A stretch of 15,146 nt of DNA from Candidatus Thorarchaeota archaeon (lineage in GTDB: Archaea; Asgardarchaeota; Thorarchaeia; Thorarchaeales; Thorarchaeaceae): assembly GCA_038893995.1 (NCBI GenBank), contig JAWAQK010000043.1:6603-21748 (forward strand), given 5' to 3'. Made by a program: the position numbers and the translations under genes. Shown here piece by piece: positions 7,919 to 15,146 of this stretch (its first letter is position 1; each line of letters starts with the position of its first letter). The notes under the pieces are model-generated. The model saw only the letters and a program-made list of their open reading frames with translations, had not been told where the DNA came from and searched no databases.

Positions 7919-9175
7919 CAGCTGAGAGCAGGTCAGTCCATTCTCTGAGAGAAGACGGCGACCATCTGGGAGTGAGAAGGCAGAGTACAGGGCAGCACCC
8001 AGCATCATGCATAGTCCGATCGTCAGTGCGGCAGAGCTCGACGCCATCTGGTCAAACAGGTAGCCGCCCACCAGCGGACTGAGAACCATTGCAAGACTGG
8101 TGACGGCTCCAAGCACACCCATGACGGACCCGTAGGCTGACCGATCTGTCAGGTCTGCAATCAGGGCCTGAAGTGTCGGCGTGTGTAATGACATCGAGAT
8201 CGAGAGCACAAGAGCGGCTGCGAAGAGACTACTATTGTCCTGAGCAGACAGGAACATCCCCATGGCAAGGGCACCTGCAAGAGATCCAGATACTATGAGC
8301 CACTTTCGACCCAGTCGGTCCGACGCCTTGCCGAATGCCACGCTGCCCGCTGCAGTGACTACACCGACCATTCCAAACATGACACCGATTATCATGGGCG
8401 TGACGACAAGACCAGGCCGAGGATTCTGAATGACGTCGAGCACAAGGGCCACCTGAAGCACACCGAGTGAGAAGGTGCTGGCGAAGGATGTCACCATGAG
8501 GGCCGAGAATGCCAGTGGGTGTTGGCTCATCACCGTCAGACCTGATCCACGTCTTGAGAGTCCCATCCCAGAGACTGGGGCTGGTTGCAGTCGAGGAGGC
8601 TCTCGCAGAAGCAGGTGGACCGACAACATCGTACCAAACGCGAGCAAGGAGGCAACAACAAACGGAAGCCTCACACCAAGCACACCAGCCAACATACCGC
8701 CTGCCACAGGCCCCAGCACCATCCCTACCATGTTGCCCACATTGAGTCGTCCCATTGCAGAACCACGATTCCTGACTGTGGTCACATCTGAGACGAATGC
8801 ATTGGCAGCCGGAAAGAAGCCTGCAGAGATGGCCCCCTCGGCCGCCCTAGCAGCAATCATCACGATGACTGTGTCAGCCATGGCATACACTAGGTTGGAC
8901 AAGCCGAACCCGATGAGGGAGAATAGGAGGACAGGCTTTCTGCCTACACGATCAGAGAGCCGCCCCATTGGACCCGACAGCACTATCCTCGAGAGTGCAA
9001 ACGATGCCGTGAGGGCACCAAGCTCAGTACCGCCCATGCCAAGTTCCTGTACGTAGTACGGAAAGACGGGGACGACCATGCCGAAACCGACCTGAAGGAT
9101 GGCCATTGAGAATGCGAGCATCCATACCTGCTGGTAACCGGACGGGACGTGAGTTCCAGATGTCGGACCAGCCAT
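7883..9175 (-). CDS. Major facilitator superfamily transporter (DHA1/TetA-like)
   Basis: About 12 TM segments, with MFS motif A twice (GRLSDRVGRK, GKASDRLGRK) and motif C-like G..LGPVAGG. The start is uncertain: TTG 9220, ATG 9175 or ATG 9121. Confidence 0.92.
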   Translation of the reverse strand: MAGPTSGTHVPSGYQQVWMLAFSMAILQVGFGMVVPVFPYYVQELGMGGTELGALTASFALSRIVLSGPMGRLSDRVGRKPVLLFSLIGFGLSNLVYAMADTVIVMIAARAAEGAISAGFFPAANAFVSDVTTVRNRGSAMGRLNVGNMVGMVLGPVAGGMLAGVLGVRLPFVVASLLAFGTMLSVHLLLREPPRLQPAPVSGMGLSRRGSGLTVMSQHPLAFSALMVTSFASTFSLGVLQVALVLDVIQNPRPGLVVTPMIIGVMFGMVGVVTAAGSVAFGKASDRLGRKWLIVSGSLAGALAMGMFLSAQDNSSLFAAALVLSISMSLHTPTLQALIADLTDRSAYGSVMGVLGAVTSLAMVLSPLVGGYLFDQMASSSAALTIGLCMMLGAALYSAFSLPDGRRLLSENGLTCSQLSLESGGNVCHD

Positions 9176-9209
9176 GAGATGTGTGCATTCGTCGAGACCA
9201 GAACTGGGG

Positions 9210-9719
9210 CTATCTCTCAATTGCGACCTTTTTCACTCCCCTGATACTTGCAAGGGCGCTTATCACCGACCCTGGTAGTGCGGACTCAACGACTACTCTG
9301 AGAGATGGCTCCTCATAGACCCCTACGTCCTCTGCCACAATCTGCCTGATCGCAATCCCATGTGACGCAATCACTGATGTCACCTCGGCGACCACTCCAG
9401 CCCGTTGTGGGGACTCGACATGTATCACGACCACTCCATGCCCCATCATTCTGGCCATCTTCTCGTGCGAGGAGCCTATCGGCTCAATGCTGGAGAATAG
9501 CAGTCTCAGGCGCTCGTCACTGTGGATCCTCTTGGTCGTGGCATAGACAGTCCTCCGATCGACGTTGAGGGCCTCGCCGAGGGCGACCAACGGGATGCGG
9601 ACCTGACGACACTTGATTACCCCCGGTCCGTCGACACGAAATCCGTGCTGAATCAGTGCCTGAGCCACACGGAGCTGCTTGGGAGAGTCCCGAAAGGAAT
9701 CAGTCACATACTGCCACAC
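9210..9719 (-). CDS. Archaeal ACT-domain regulator of amino acid metabolism (COG2150-like)
   Basis: Motifs W...F...P.Q.RVA..L...G..V, C....IP..LGEALNVDRRTV (HTH-like) and C-terminal ACT GVVAEVTSVIASHGIAIRQ. GTG 9719 with an upstream AGGTGG SD is preferred over 9770. Confidence 0.88.
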   Translation of the reverse strand: MWQYVTDSFRDSPKQLRVAQALIQHGFRVDGPGVIKCRQVRIPLVALGEALNVDRRTVYATTKRIHSDERLRLLFSSIEPIGSSHEKMARMMGHGVVVIHVESPQRAGVVAEVTSVIASHGIAIRQIVAEDVGVYEEPSLRVVVESALPGSVISALASIRGVKKVAIER

Positions 9720-9729
9720 TTGTGCCCAC

Positions 9730-10275
9730 CTACTGAGGTTCCACAAGCTCACGTTCGTAGAGTGTCTCATGAATGTAACCGCTGGGCATCCTAAAGTGGT
9801 TTCTCCTCTCTCCGACCATTCTGTACCCGAGACTCTCGTACAGATGACGGGCGGCCATGTTGTCGGAGAACGTACTGAGGACTATCTTCTCGTACTTCTG
9901 CTCCCTCGCTGCAGACTCTGCAGCTATCATAAGTGCACGACCCACACCGAGATTGCGGAATGGCTTCATCACCACGACTCCCAGCCTTGCAACATGACTG
10001 GATGCGGCCCACTCCTCAGGTTGCAGTGTCAGGTGCCCTGCATACTGACCGTCGACATCAGCCCTGAGAAGAACTTCCCTCGTGTACCGGGTCCGGTTGA
10101 TCCAGGCGACCCAGTCAGCAACCACAGACGTCACACAGAGCGTCGGTAGCCAGATGCCCTCCTCCACGACCCTGCAGAAACCGGCGTGCAGTTCTCTAGC
10201 GTCGCTAACCTCTGCCGTACGGACAACTATCTGTCTGTCGTCACGTGTTGTGGATGTCAGCACAATCGGGGTCAT
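9730..10275 (-). CDS. GNAT-family N-acetyltransferase
   Basis: Motif A FRNLGVGRAL, motif B N.AA..LYESLGY, and HVARLGV. Confidence 0.9.
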   Translation of the reverse strand: MTPIVLTSTTRDDRQIVVRTAEVSDARELHAGFCRVVEEGIWLPTLCVTSVVADWVAWINRTRYTREVLLRADVDGQYAGHLTLQPEEWAASSHVARLGVVVMKPFRNLGVGRALMIAAESAAREQKYEKIVLSTFSDNMAARHLYESLGYRMVGERRNHFRMPSGYIHETLYERELVEPQ

Positions 10276-10367
10276 GACATGGAGAGTGCATAGGTCATCA
10301 CAGCAAAAGGGTTTTGGTACGACCGAATGAGAGGGGACCGGGCTCCTAGTACAACCGTCGTGGATAC

Positions 10368-10380
10368 GCTACCTTTAAAA
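10368..10380 (+). promoter_or_regulatory. Putative TATA box for the surface protein gene
   Basis: TTTAAAA at 10374-10380 lies inside the annotated N-terminal extension, which supports the later start ATG 10441. Confidence 0.5.
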
Positions 10381-10440
10381 CGCGCCAGATTCAGACCGCG
10401 TGAGAAGACGTGTCACAGTCTGTGTCAGGAAGGCCTGAAG

Positions 10441-12021
10441 ATGAGAAGACCCGATCTGCTCATGCTCTTGATCATTTCGCTCGTAGTGACGACACTGCTG
10501 ACAGTTCAGCCCACGACGTGTCCTACGACCGCTGATGATAGTAGCCCAGTTGCCACATCACCAAGCCACGTCTCGCGATTCGATTCCCCAAACATGACAA
10601 TCATACTGGTCTCTCCAGCAAATCAGAGCAAACTGGTGGGCGTCGCAAACATCACGTTGTTCATCTCGTCCGTGAATGGTCAAGTCAACCTGACGCTCTA
10701 TGTACAGAACCAGGTCTTTCCTGACTACAATCGTACACTGATCAGCCCTGGGTTTGTCAGCCTGTTTGTCAATACGACCATCTTGGCAGAGGGATACCTG
10801 AACTTCACCATCTTGCTCGAGGACATGAGATTCGTGCCGGTGGACCGAGAGAGCTACTACCTGAGGTTCCTTGTCGATAACCACGGCCCTCCCTCTGTCG
10901 AGCTCATATATCCAACCACCACGGACACGCTGACAGGTGTCGTGAATCTCACCATCAGGATAATATCCGACTACACTCACGTCTACATGAATATCACAGT
11001 CGCAGGTAGGATCACCCCTGAGTTCAACTCGACACTCGTCCCAGTCGGTCTCGGAAACTTCACACTCAACTGCAGTCGCTATGACAACGGAGTGAACATC
11101 TTGGGCATCAAGGTGTGGACCGAAGAGGGGCTATCAGCGTATGTCGAGCGGAGCGTGAACTTCCTGGACCACGTAAGATTGACGCCCCTGGGGTTGACCT
11201 ACTACTCGGTCATCAAGGGCAATCAGGAGATCAGACTGATAGTTGAGACTCCATATCCCAATGTGACCGTCAGTCTACTGGTGGACGGTGTGGTTGCCCC
11301 CGATGTGGACAGAGTGGTACTCTCTGCGGGCATCAGGAAGATATACCTGAACACGACACCCTATAGAGAAGGAGAACACAATATCACGTACGTGGGTAGC
11401 ACCCTCAACGGGCACAACTGGACCTACCGGACATGGTATGTGATTGATAACCACGGTCAGCCGAGGGTCTCATTTGTATTCCCCAGGTCGGATGTCGTAT
11501 ACGGCCTTGCAACATTCAGGATCAACATAGATAGCACATGGCAGTATGTCAATCTCACAGTGTACGTCGACAATGTACCCGTGGAGGGACTTGTGAACGT
11601 CACTGTTCCCACCGGCGAGTACAGCTTCTTCATTGACGTGGGGATGTACTCCAAGTGGGAACACACCCTGAAGGTCGTCGTCACCACAGAGGAAGGAGTG
11701 ACGGCAGAAGCCTCCCGAGTGTTCGGTTTTGCAAGTTTCAAGCCTGAGGACATGGTAAGCCTGCTTGTAGTGCTTGGTATTGCATTTGCTATTCCTGTCA
11801 TGCGCTGGAGAAAGGGACAACCAGTGCGAACAACGATCATCGTGGACATCGTGTTCATCTGCGTGACACTTGCCCTGTTTGTCGCAGTGGGAGTCACCTC
11901 TGTGGCGCTTGTGCTCTGGCATCTCAATATGGCCAGCATATGGTCAGTGGGGGCAGCACTCATTGCCACAAACTTGATACTCCCGCTCTTTGAGAGCACT
12001 CGGAAGGAGACCTCAGAGTAG
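10441..12021 (+). CDS. Secreted, C-terminally membrane-anchored surface glycoprotein with four Ig-like repeats (hypothetical)
   Basis: Signal peptide-like MRRPDLLMLLIISLVVTTLLTV, an S/T/P-rich linker, four beta-rich repeats of about 95 aa, 18 N-x-S/T sequons by my count, and three or more C-terminal hydrophobic helices. Confidence 0.8.
   Translation: MRRPDLLMLLIISLVVTTLLTVQPTTCPTTADDSSPVATSPSHVSRFDSPNMTIILVSPANQSKLVGVANITLFISSVNGQVNLTLYVQNQVFPDYNRTLISPGFVSLFVNTTILAEGYLNFTILLEDMRFVPVDRESYYLRFLVDNHGPPSVELIYPTTTDTLTGVVNLTIRIISDYTHVYMNITVAGRITPEFNSTLVPVGLGNFTLNCSRYDNGVNILGIKVWTEEGLSAYVERSVNFLDHVRLTPLGLTYYSVIKGNQEIRLIVETPYPNVTVSLLVDGVVAPDVDRVVLSAGIRKIYLNTTPYREGEHNITYVGSTLNGHNWTYRTWYVIDNHGQPRVSFVFPRSDVVYGLATFRINIDSTWQYVNLTVYVDNVPVEGLVNVTVPTGEYSFFIDVGMYSKWEHTLKVVVTTEEGVTAEASRVFGFASFKPEDMVSLLVVLGIAFAIPVMRWRKGQPVRTTIIVDIVFICVTLALFVAVGVTSVALVLWHLNMASIWSVGAALIATNLILPLFESTRKETSE
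10588..11736 (+). repeat. Internal protein repeats, four units of about 95 aa in an A-B-A-B arrangement
   Basis: DNHG recurs 190 aa apart (GATAACCACGG at 10876 and 11446) and TEEG recurs 189 aa apart. Confidence 0.75.
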
Positions 12022-12861
12022 CTTCATGAGCGGGACCCCGACATGGGGTTCAACGGTCCAGCTACAGAGCGCAGAATAGTCGTCCAGGCGGTCAGCTGGT
12101 ACAGCGGTCTCGACTGATTTTGCCCTGAGAGTTGAGGCGAGTCTGACCGTACGCTCTATCACCTCCCCGTAATGTTCAATGCCATCCTCGGTCACGTCCG
12201 CTGAGAAGACTGCCTCCCCTCCATCGCACTTCACAACTGCTCCTAGCCCCACCGACCTGTTGTCGCAACGAAACTCCGCAACTAGACCTCTCCGAGTGCC
12301 ATTGACTATGTCGCCGATCAGGCGGGTCAGACCGCCAGGGCGCCCGAGTGTGTGGAATCTACGGACTCGAGAAAGACCATTCTCACGATCGACAAGTATC
12401 CGGTCAAGACTGTTCCGTCCGGTCCAGGCGATCGACTTGAGGGGTGCTCTGATCCGTGCCAGACCACCGACAGAGAAGTATCCCAGCCGCATCCAATAGT
12501 TGTACGCGTCAGGGGGAGACTCTACAACAACGCGTCTCACGCCCCGTGAGCCTAGAAATGACTCGGCTGCACTGGTCAGCATGCGGCCCACTCCCTGTCG
12601 CTGGTATCTGGCGTCGACATCAAGCCCCAAGATGATGCCTACCGGTCCCCTACAGTTGTGTTCGATGTCAAACACTACCTCTCCGATGACAGGTCCGTCA
12701 GCATCTGCAACGAGCCATCCCCATCTCCTCGAGACGTACAGTTCATGCTCCTGCCTGACCTCGCTGACACTCTCGTAGTTCCTCTCGGGAAAGCGGGTGG
12801 TCCTGTATACAGTCAGCATGTCCTTGCAGTCTCGAATCTGACCCTGTCTGACCTGAATCAT
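12013..12861 (-). CDS. GNAT-family acetyltransferase with an additional C-terminal domain
   Basis: The N-terminal GNAT has VDARYQRQGVGRML and AYNYWMRLGY. The ~140-aa alpha/beta C-terminal part has no clear motif A. Confidence 0.8.
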   Translation of the reverse strand: MIQVRQGQIRDCKDMLTVYRTTRFPERNYESVSEVRQEHELYVSRRWGWLVADADGPVIGEVVFDIEHNCRGPVGIILGLDVDARYQRQGVGRMLTSAAESFLGSRGVRRVVVESPPDAYNYWMRLGYFSVGGLARIRAPLKSIAWTGRNSLDRILVDRENGLSRVRRFHTLGRPGGLTRLIGDIVNGTRRGLVAEFRCDNRSVGLGAVVKCDGGEAVFSADVTEDGIEHYGEVIERTVRLASTLRAKSVETAVPADRLDDYSALCSWTVEPHVGVPLMKLL

Positions 12862-12923
12862 GCCGTAATCAGGACGACATCTGTGGCAATCTAATCATAA
12901 GCATATGTAACATGTCGGTCCTA

Positions 12924-13847
12924 CTACCGCTGTTCTAGACACTCAGCAATGTGCAAGGATGTCTCAACAAGCCCGACCGCAGACTCCCCGAGCAGATATA
13001 GCACTGGTTCAACTCCGATACCTCCTGGAATGTGAAGCCCGACCGTGATGCCAGGCGGGACCTCATCTCTTCGGTCTGCGACTTGCTCCGCAATGTCAGG
13101 CGCGGTCGCAGCTGGCTCTGGAAGTGTAAGTACGAGTACTCCAGACTCGACAGACCGCGACACTATCTCGTTGGAACCGCCGATGCACAGACAGGATCGC
13201 ACCCAGGGCCATCGTCGTCTGGCCCAGAGTAATAGCTCAGCCATGTGGGTCGAGGCTCCGAACTCAGGGGACATCAGTGCCCTCGGGTAGCCTGCGACCA
13301 CAGTGATCCTGCCTGGCACCCCAGCGACATCAGTGAGGGACGAGGCGTCAGAGGTACATGTGACCAGGTTGGCCCTGACCTGTGGGACGAGCCTAGAGAA
13401 GGCCCTACTGGCCTGCATGATGTCCAGCGCGGCCCTCATGTCGGAGAGCACACGTGTCCTGTCGGTCAGTGATCCCTCCTCTCCGCTCACAAGCCTGCCA
13501 CAGATATCACAGTCGGAGGATGCTATTGACGGGACCATCTGTCTGTGTAGCCCGCACGTGCTACCAGCCATCCTGAGCTTCATGCAGTGGCCACACAGCA
13601 TCCGTATGGCCTCCGCAGGAGCACCATTGATCAAGACCTCTGCAAGTCGTCTGCATAGGGACTCAGTATCGTGGTCCCGTGGTCCTGTAGGAGAGGCACT
13701 CAAGTACTTACTCACTGCCGCCTGCGTCACGTCCATTGCTCGGGCGATCTCGTTCTGAGACAGACCCGCTGCTCGCAATACTCTGGCAAGCTCTGTCCTG
13801 ACTGATGGTAATACAGTCTTCTGCACTACCTCGCACGGTGGGCGCAT
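12924..13847 (-). CDS. thiR: ThiR thiamine-responsive transcriptional regulator (HTH + Cys cluster + ThiN-like domain)
   Basis: MRPPCE..., HTH LSQNEIARAMDVTQAAVSKYL, CxxC/CxxH/CxxC, and ThiN motifs VPQVRANL, VAGVPGRI, PEFGASTH and G.EP..YLLG. It is divergent from a thiamine ABC transporter. Confidence 0.88.
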   Translation of the reverse strand: MRPPCEVVQKTVLPSVRTELARVLRAAGLSQNEIARAMDVTQAAVSKYLSASPTGPRDHDTESLCRRLAEVLINGAPAEAIRMLCGHCMKLRMAGSTCGLHRQMVPSIASSDCDICGRLVSGEEGSLTDRTRVLSDMRAALDIMQASRAFSRLVPQVRANLVTCTSDASSLTDVAGVPGRITVVAGYPRALMSPEFGASTHMAELLLWARRRWPWVRSCLCIGGSNEIVSRSVESGVLVLTLPEPAATAPDIAEQVADRRDEVPPGITVGLHIPGGIGVEPVLYLLGESAVGLVETSLHIAECLEQR

Positions 13848-13865
13848 GGTCTATTGGCCTCGGAA

Positions 13866-13883
13866 GATTAATATCATCCTTTC
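13866..13883 (-). promoter_or_regulatory. Putative BRE/TATA for leaderless thiR
   Basis: The minus strand reads GAAAGGATGA-TATTAAT, about 21-27 nt upstream of ATG 13847. Confidence 0.5.
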
Positions 13884-13910
13884 ATAACGCCGTTGTATAA
13901 CGCGGATATA
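13883..13910. promoter_or_regulatory. Two tandem imperfect palindromic operators (putative ThiR sites)
   Basis: CATAAC-GCC-GTTGTA (13883-13897) and TATAAC-GCG-GATATA (13896-13910) both approximate TATAAC-N3-GTTATA. The second overlaps TATAAAT (13907-13913). Confidence 0.7.
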
Positions 13911-13954
13911 AATCAATGGGTGAGCTGGACTTGAACGGAGAGCAATACAGGGTG

Positions 13955-15055
13955 ATGAGAAGCCCACGAGGAAAGATCCTCGTGATCGGACTGGTGGCCA
14001 TCATAGCGGTCGCATCGATCGCGGTCCTCACCGCCCCAAGGCCCAAGATCATCGTCTATACATACGACAGCTTCATGGTGTGGGGTGATGACCCCGAGTC
14101 CATCGACGATATCATCCTCGGGCCCTTCGAGAGGGCATATGGTGTGGATGTCGAGATAGTACGGCTTCAGACCGATGCCACAGGGATAGTCGCAAGACTT
14201 GTCGCGGAGGCCCAGAGGCCCATTGCGGATGTGGTCATCGGGATCGACAACATACTGATACTGCGAGAGCAGACAAGAGCTGTACTTGAGCCATATACTC
14301 CAGACAACCTGTCAGTGATAGACCCTGAACTGATCTCAATGCTAGACAGCGAGCACTACCTGCTCCCCTTCGACTATGGAGTCGTGTGCCTTGTCTACCC
14401 GGCGAATGTGATCAATGAAACTACCCACCCACAGCTGACATCGCTGAATTTTGACCATCTGGCAACAGTCGAGTTTGCCTCAATGCTGGTCACTGAGAAC
14501 CCACACTTCAGCAGTCCAGGGCTCTCATTCCTGCTGAGCGAGATAGCCTACTATGAGAAGCTCAACAATGCCAACTGGACAGACTGGTGGGCCAGCGTCA
14601 GGGGACACATCAATGTCCAGGAGGGATGGAGCCAGGCCTGGACCGTGTGGTACGAGGACCCCACAAGGCACCTACTAGTGAGCTACGGCACGGACCCCGC
14701 ATACTCAGCATACTATGCAGGTGGCGTACCTGACATCAGGGCGGTGGGCATCACTCACAATGGGACCGTCTACGGTTGGCTGCAGGTCGAGGGAATAGGT
14801 CTCGTCAAGGGTGGCCCTCATCCAGAGCTCGGAAGAGCACTCATAGACTACTTCCTGAGCGCGGAAGTACAACGGCACATACCACTCAACCAGTGGATGT
14901 TTCCGGCCAACAGGTATGCACCACTGCCTGCCGTGTTTGACTACGCGCTCCAGCCGGGCGATGTGACGCCATTCAACACCCTCTTTACACCCACCGAGAT
15001 TGCCACAAACCTGGCGAGTTGGCTGGATGAGTGGGACGCCATAATGCTGACATAG
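13955..15055 (+). CDS. thiB: Thiamine ABC transporter substrate-binding protein
   Basis: Motifs VYTYDSF, ADVVIGIDN, PFDYG, SSPGLSFL, GWSQAW, SYGTDPAY, QVEG and QWMFPAN, with an N-terminal TM anchor and no lipobox Cys. The ORF opens at 13916, but the TATA position favours a start at 13952 or 13955. Confidence 0.93.
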   Translation: MRSPRGKILVIGLVAIIAVASIAVLTAPRPKIIVYTYDSFMVWGDDPESIDDIILGPFERAYGVDVEIVRLQTDATGIVARLVAEAQRPIADVVIGIDNILILREQTRAVLEPYTPDNLSVIDPELISMLDSEHYLLPFDYGVVCLVYPANVINETTHPQLTSLNFDHLATVEFASMLVTENPHFSSPGLSFLLSEIAYYEKLNNANWTDWWASVRGHINVQEGWSQAWTVWYEDPTRHLLVSYGTDPAYSAYYAGGVPDIRAVGITHNGTVYGWLQVEGIGLVKGGPHPELGRALIDYFLSAEVQRHIPLNQWMFPANRYAPLPAVFDYALQPGDVTPFNTLFTPTEIATNLASWLDEWDAIMLT

Positions 15056-15070
15056 GAGGTGTACTCGACA

Positions 15071-15146
15071 GTGAGCAGGGGGAGTATGACTACACTGATC
15101 TCGATAGCACTCCCCCTGCTGTTTCTTGTCGTGTTCGTACTCTATC
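15071..15146 (+). CDS. thiP: 5' end of thiamine ABC transporter permease; runs off the right edge
   Basis: SD GGAGGTG at 15055-15061 precedes a GTG start reading MSRGSMTTLISIALPLLFLVVFVLY. This resembles the first TM of ThiP/FbpB-type permeases and lies directly after thiB. Confidence 0.7.
   Translation, partial: MSRGSMTTLISIALPLLFLVVFVLY

Noticed and set aside
8475-9056. 193-aa plus-strand ORF inside the MFS gene, and similar shadows at 9679-10149, 11457-11999 and 13303-13758
   Set aside because: They lie antisense to well-supported genes and have no recognisable domain.
10327-10440. 38-aa N-terminal extension of the surface protein
   Set aside because: It contains the likely TATA box and precedes a clean signal peptide starting at ATG 10441.
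13848-13954. TPP riboswitch upstream of thiB
   Set aside because: There are no CUGAGA or ACCUG core motifs and the leader is too short. Protein operator sites explain the region.
1-15146. CRISPR arrays, tRNA/rRNA, C/D-box sRNAs, IS elements, defence systems
   Set aside because: I saw no spaced direct repeats, cloverleafs, transposases or nuclease motifs. The spacers are short, and the TGATGA matches I noticed fall in coding sequence.

Overview
Gene-dense archaeal chromosomal segment with no mobile element, CRISPR array, rRNA or tRNA that I can support. Archaeal origin follows from the thermosome, Rpo6, ThiR, COG2150 and TATA-type promoters; an Asgard (Thorarchaeia-like) origin is my unverified impression. 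Order: the 5' end of a divergent AK6/Fap7-type P-loop kinase missed by the ORF track (1-57, minus), then on the plus strand an Ard1/Naa10-type N-acetyltransferase, an ARMT1/DUF89 phosphatase, a thermosome subunit, RNA polymerase Rpo6 (RpoK), an MgtC/DUF4010 membrane protein, hisS and MEMO1/AmmeMemoRadiSam B. A minus-strand GNAT, ACT-regulator and MFS unit follows, then a heavily N-glycosylated membrane-anchored surface protein with four Ig-like repeats, a two-domain GNAT, and a ThiR regulator divergent from a thiamine ABC transporter (thiB and the start of thiP). Most notable: (1) Rpo6 carries an RPB6-like acidic tail, a double helix-hairpin-helix domain and a basic linker; (2) two tandem TATAAC-N3-GTTATA-like operators lie in the thiR/thiB spacer; (3) a His-containing uORF with an anti-SD sits upstream of hisS; (4) the surface protein has an (AB)2 repeat architecture.
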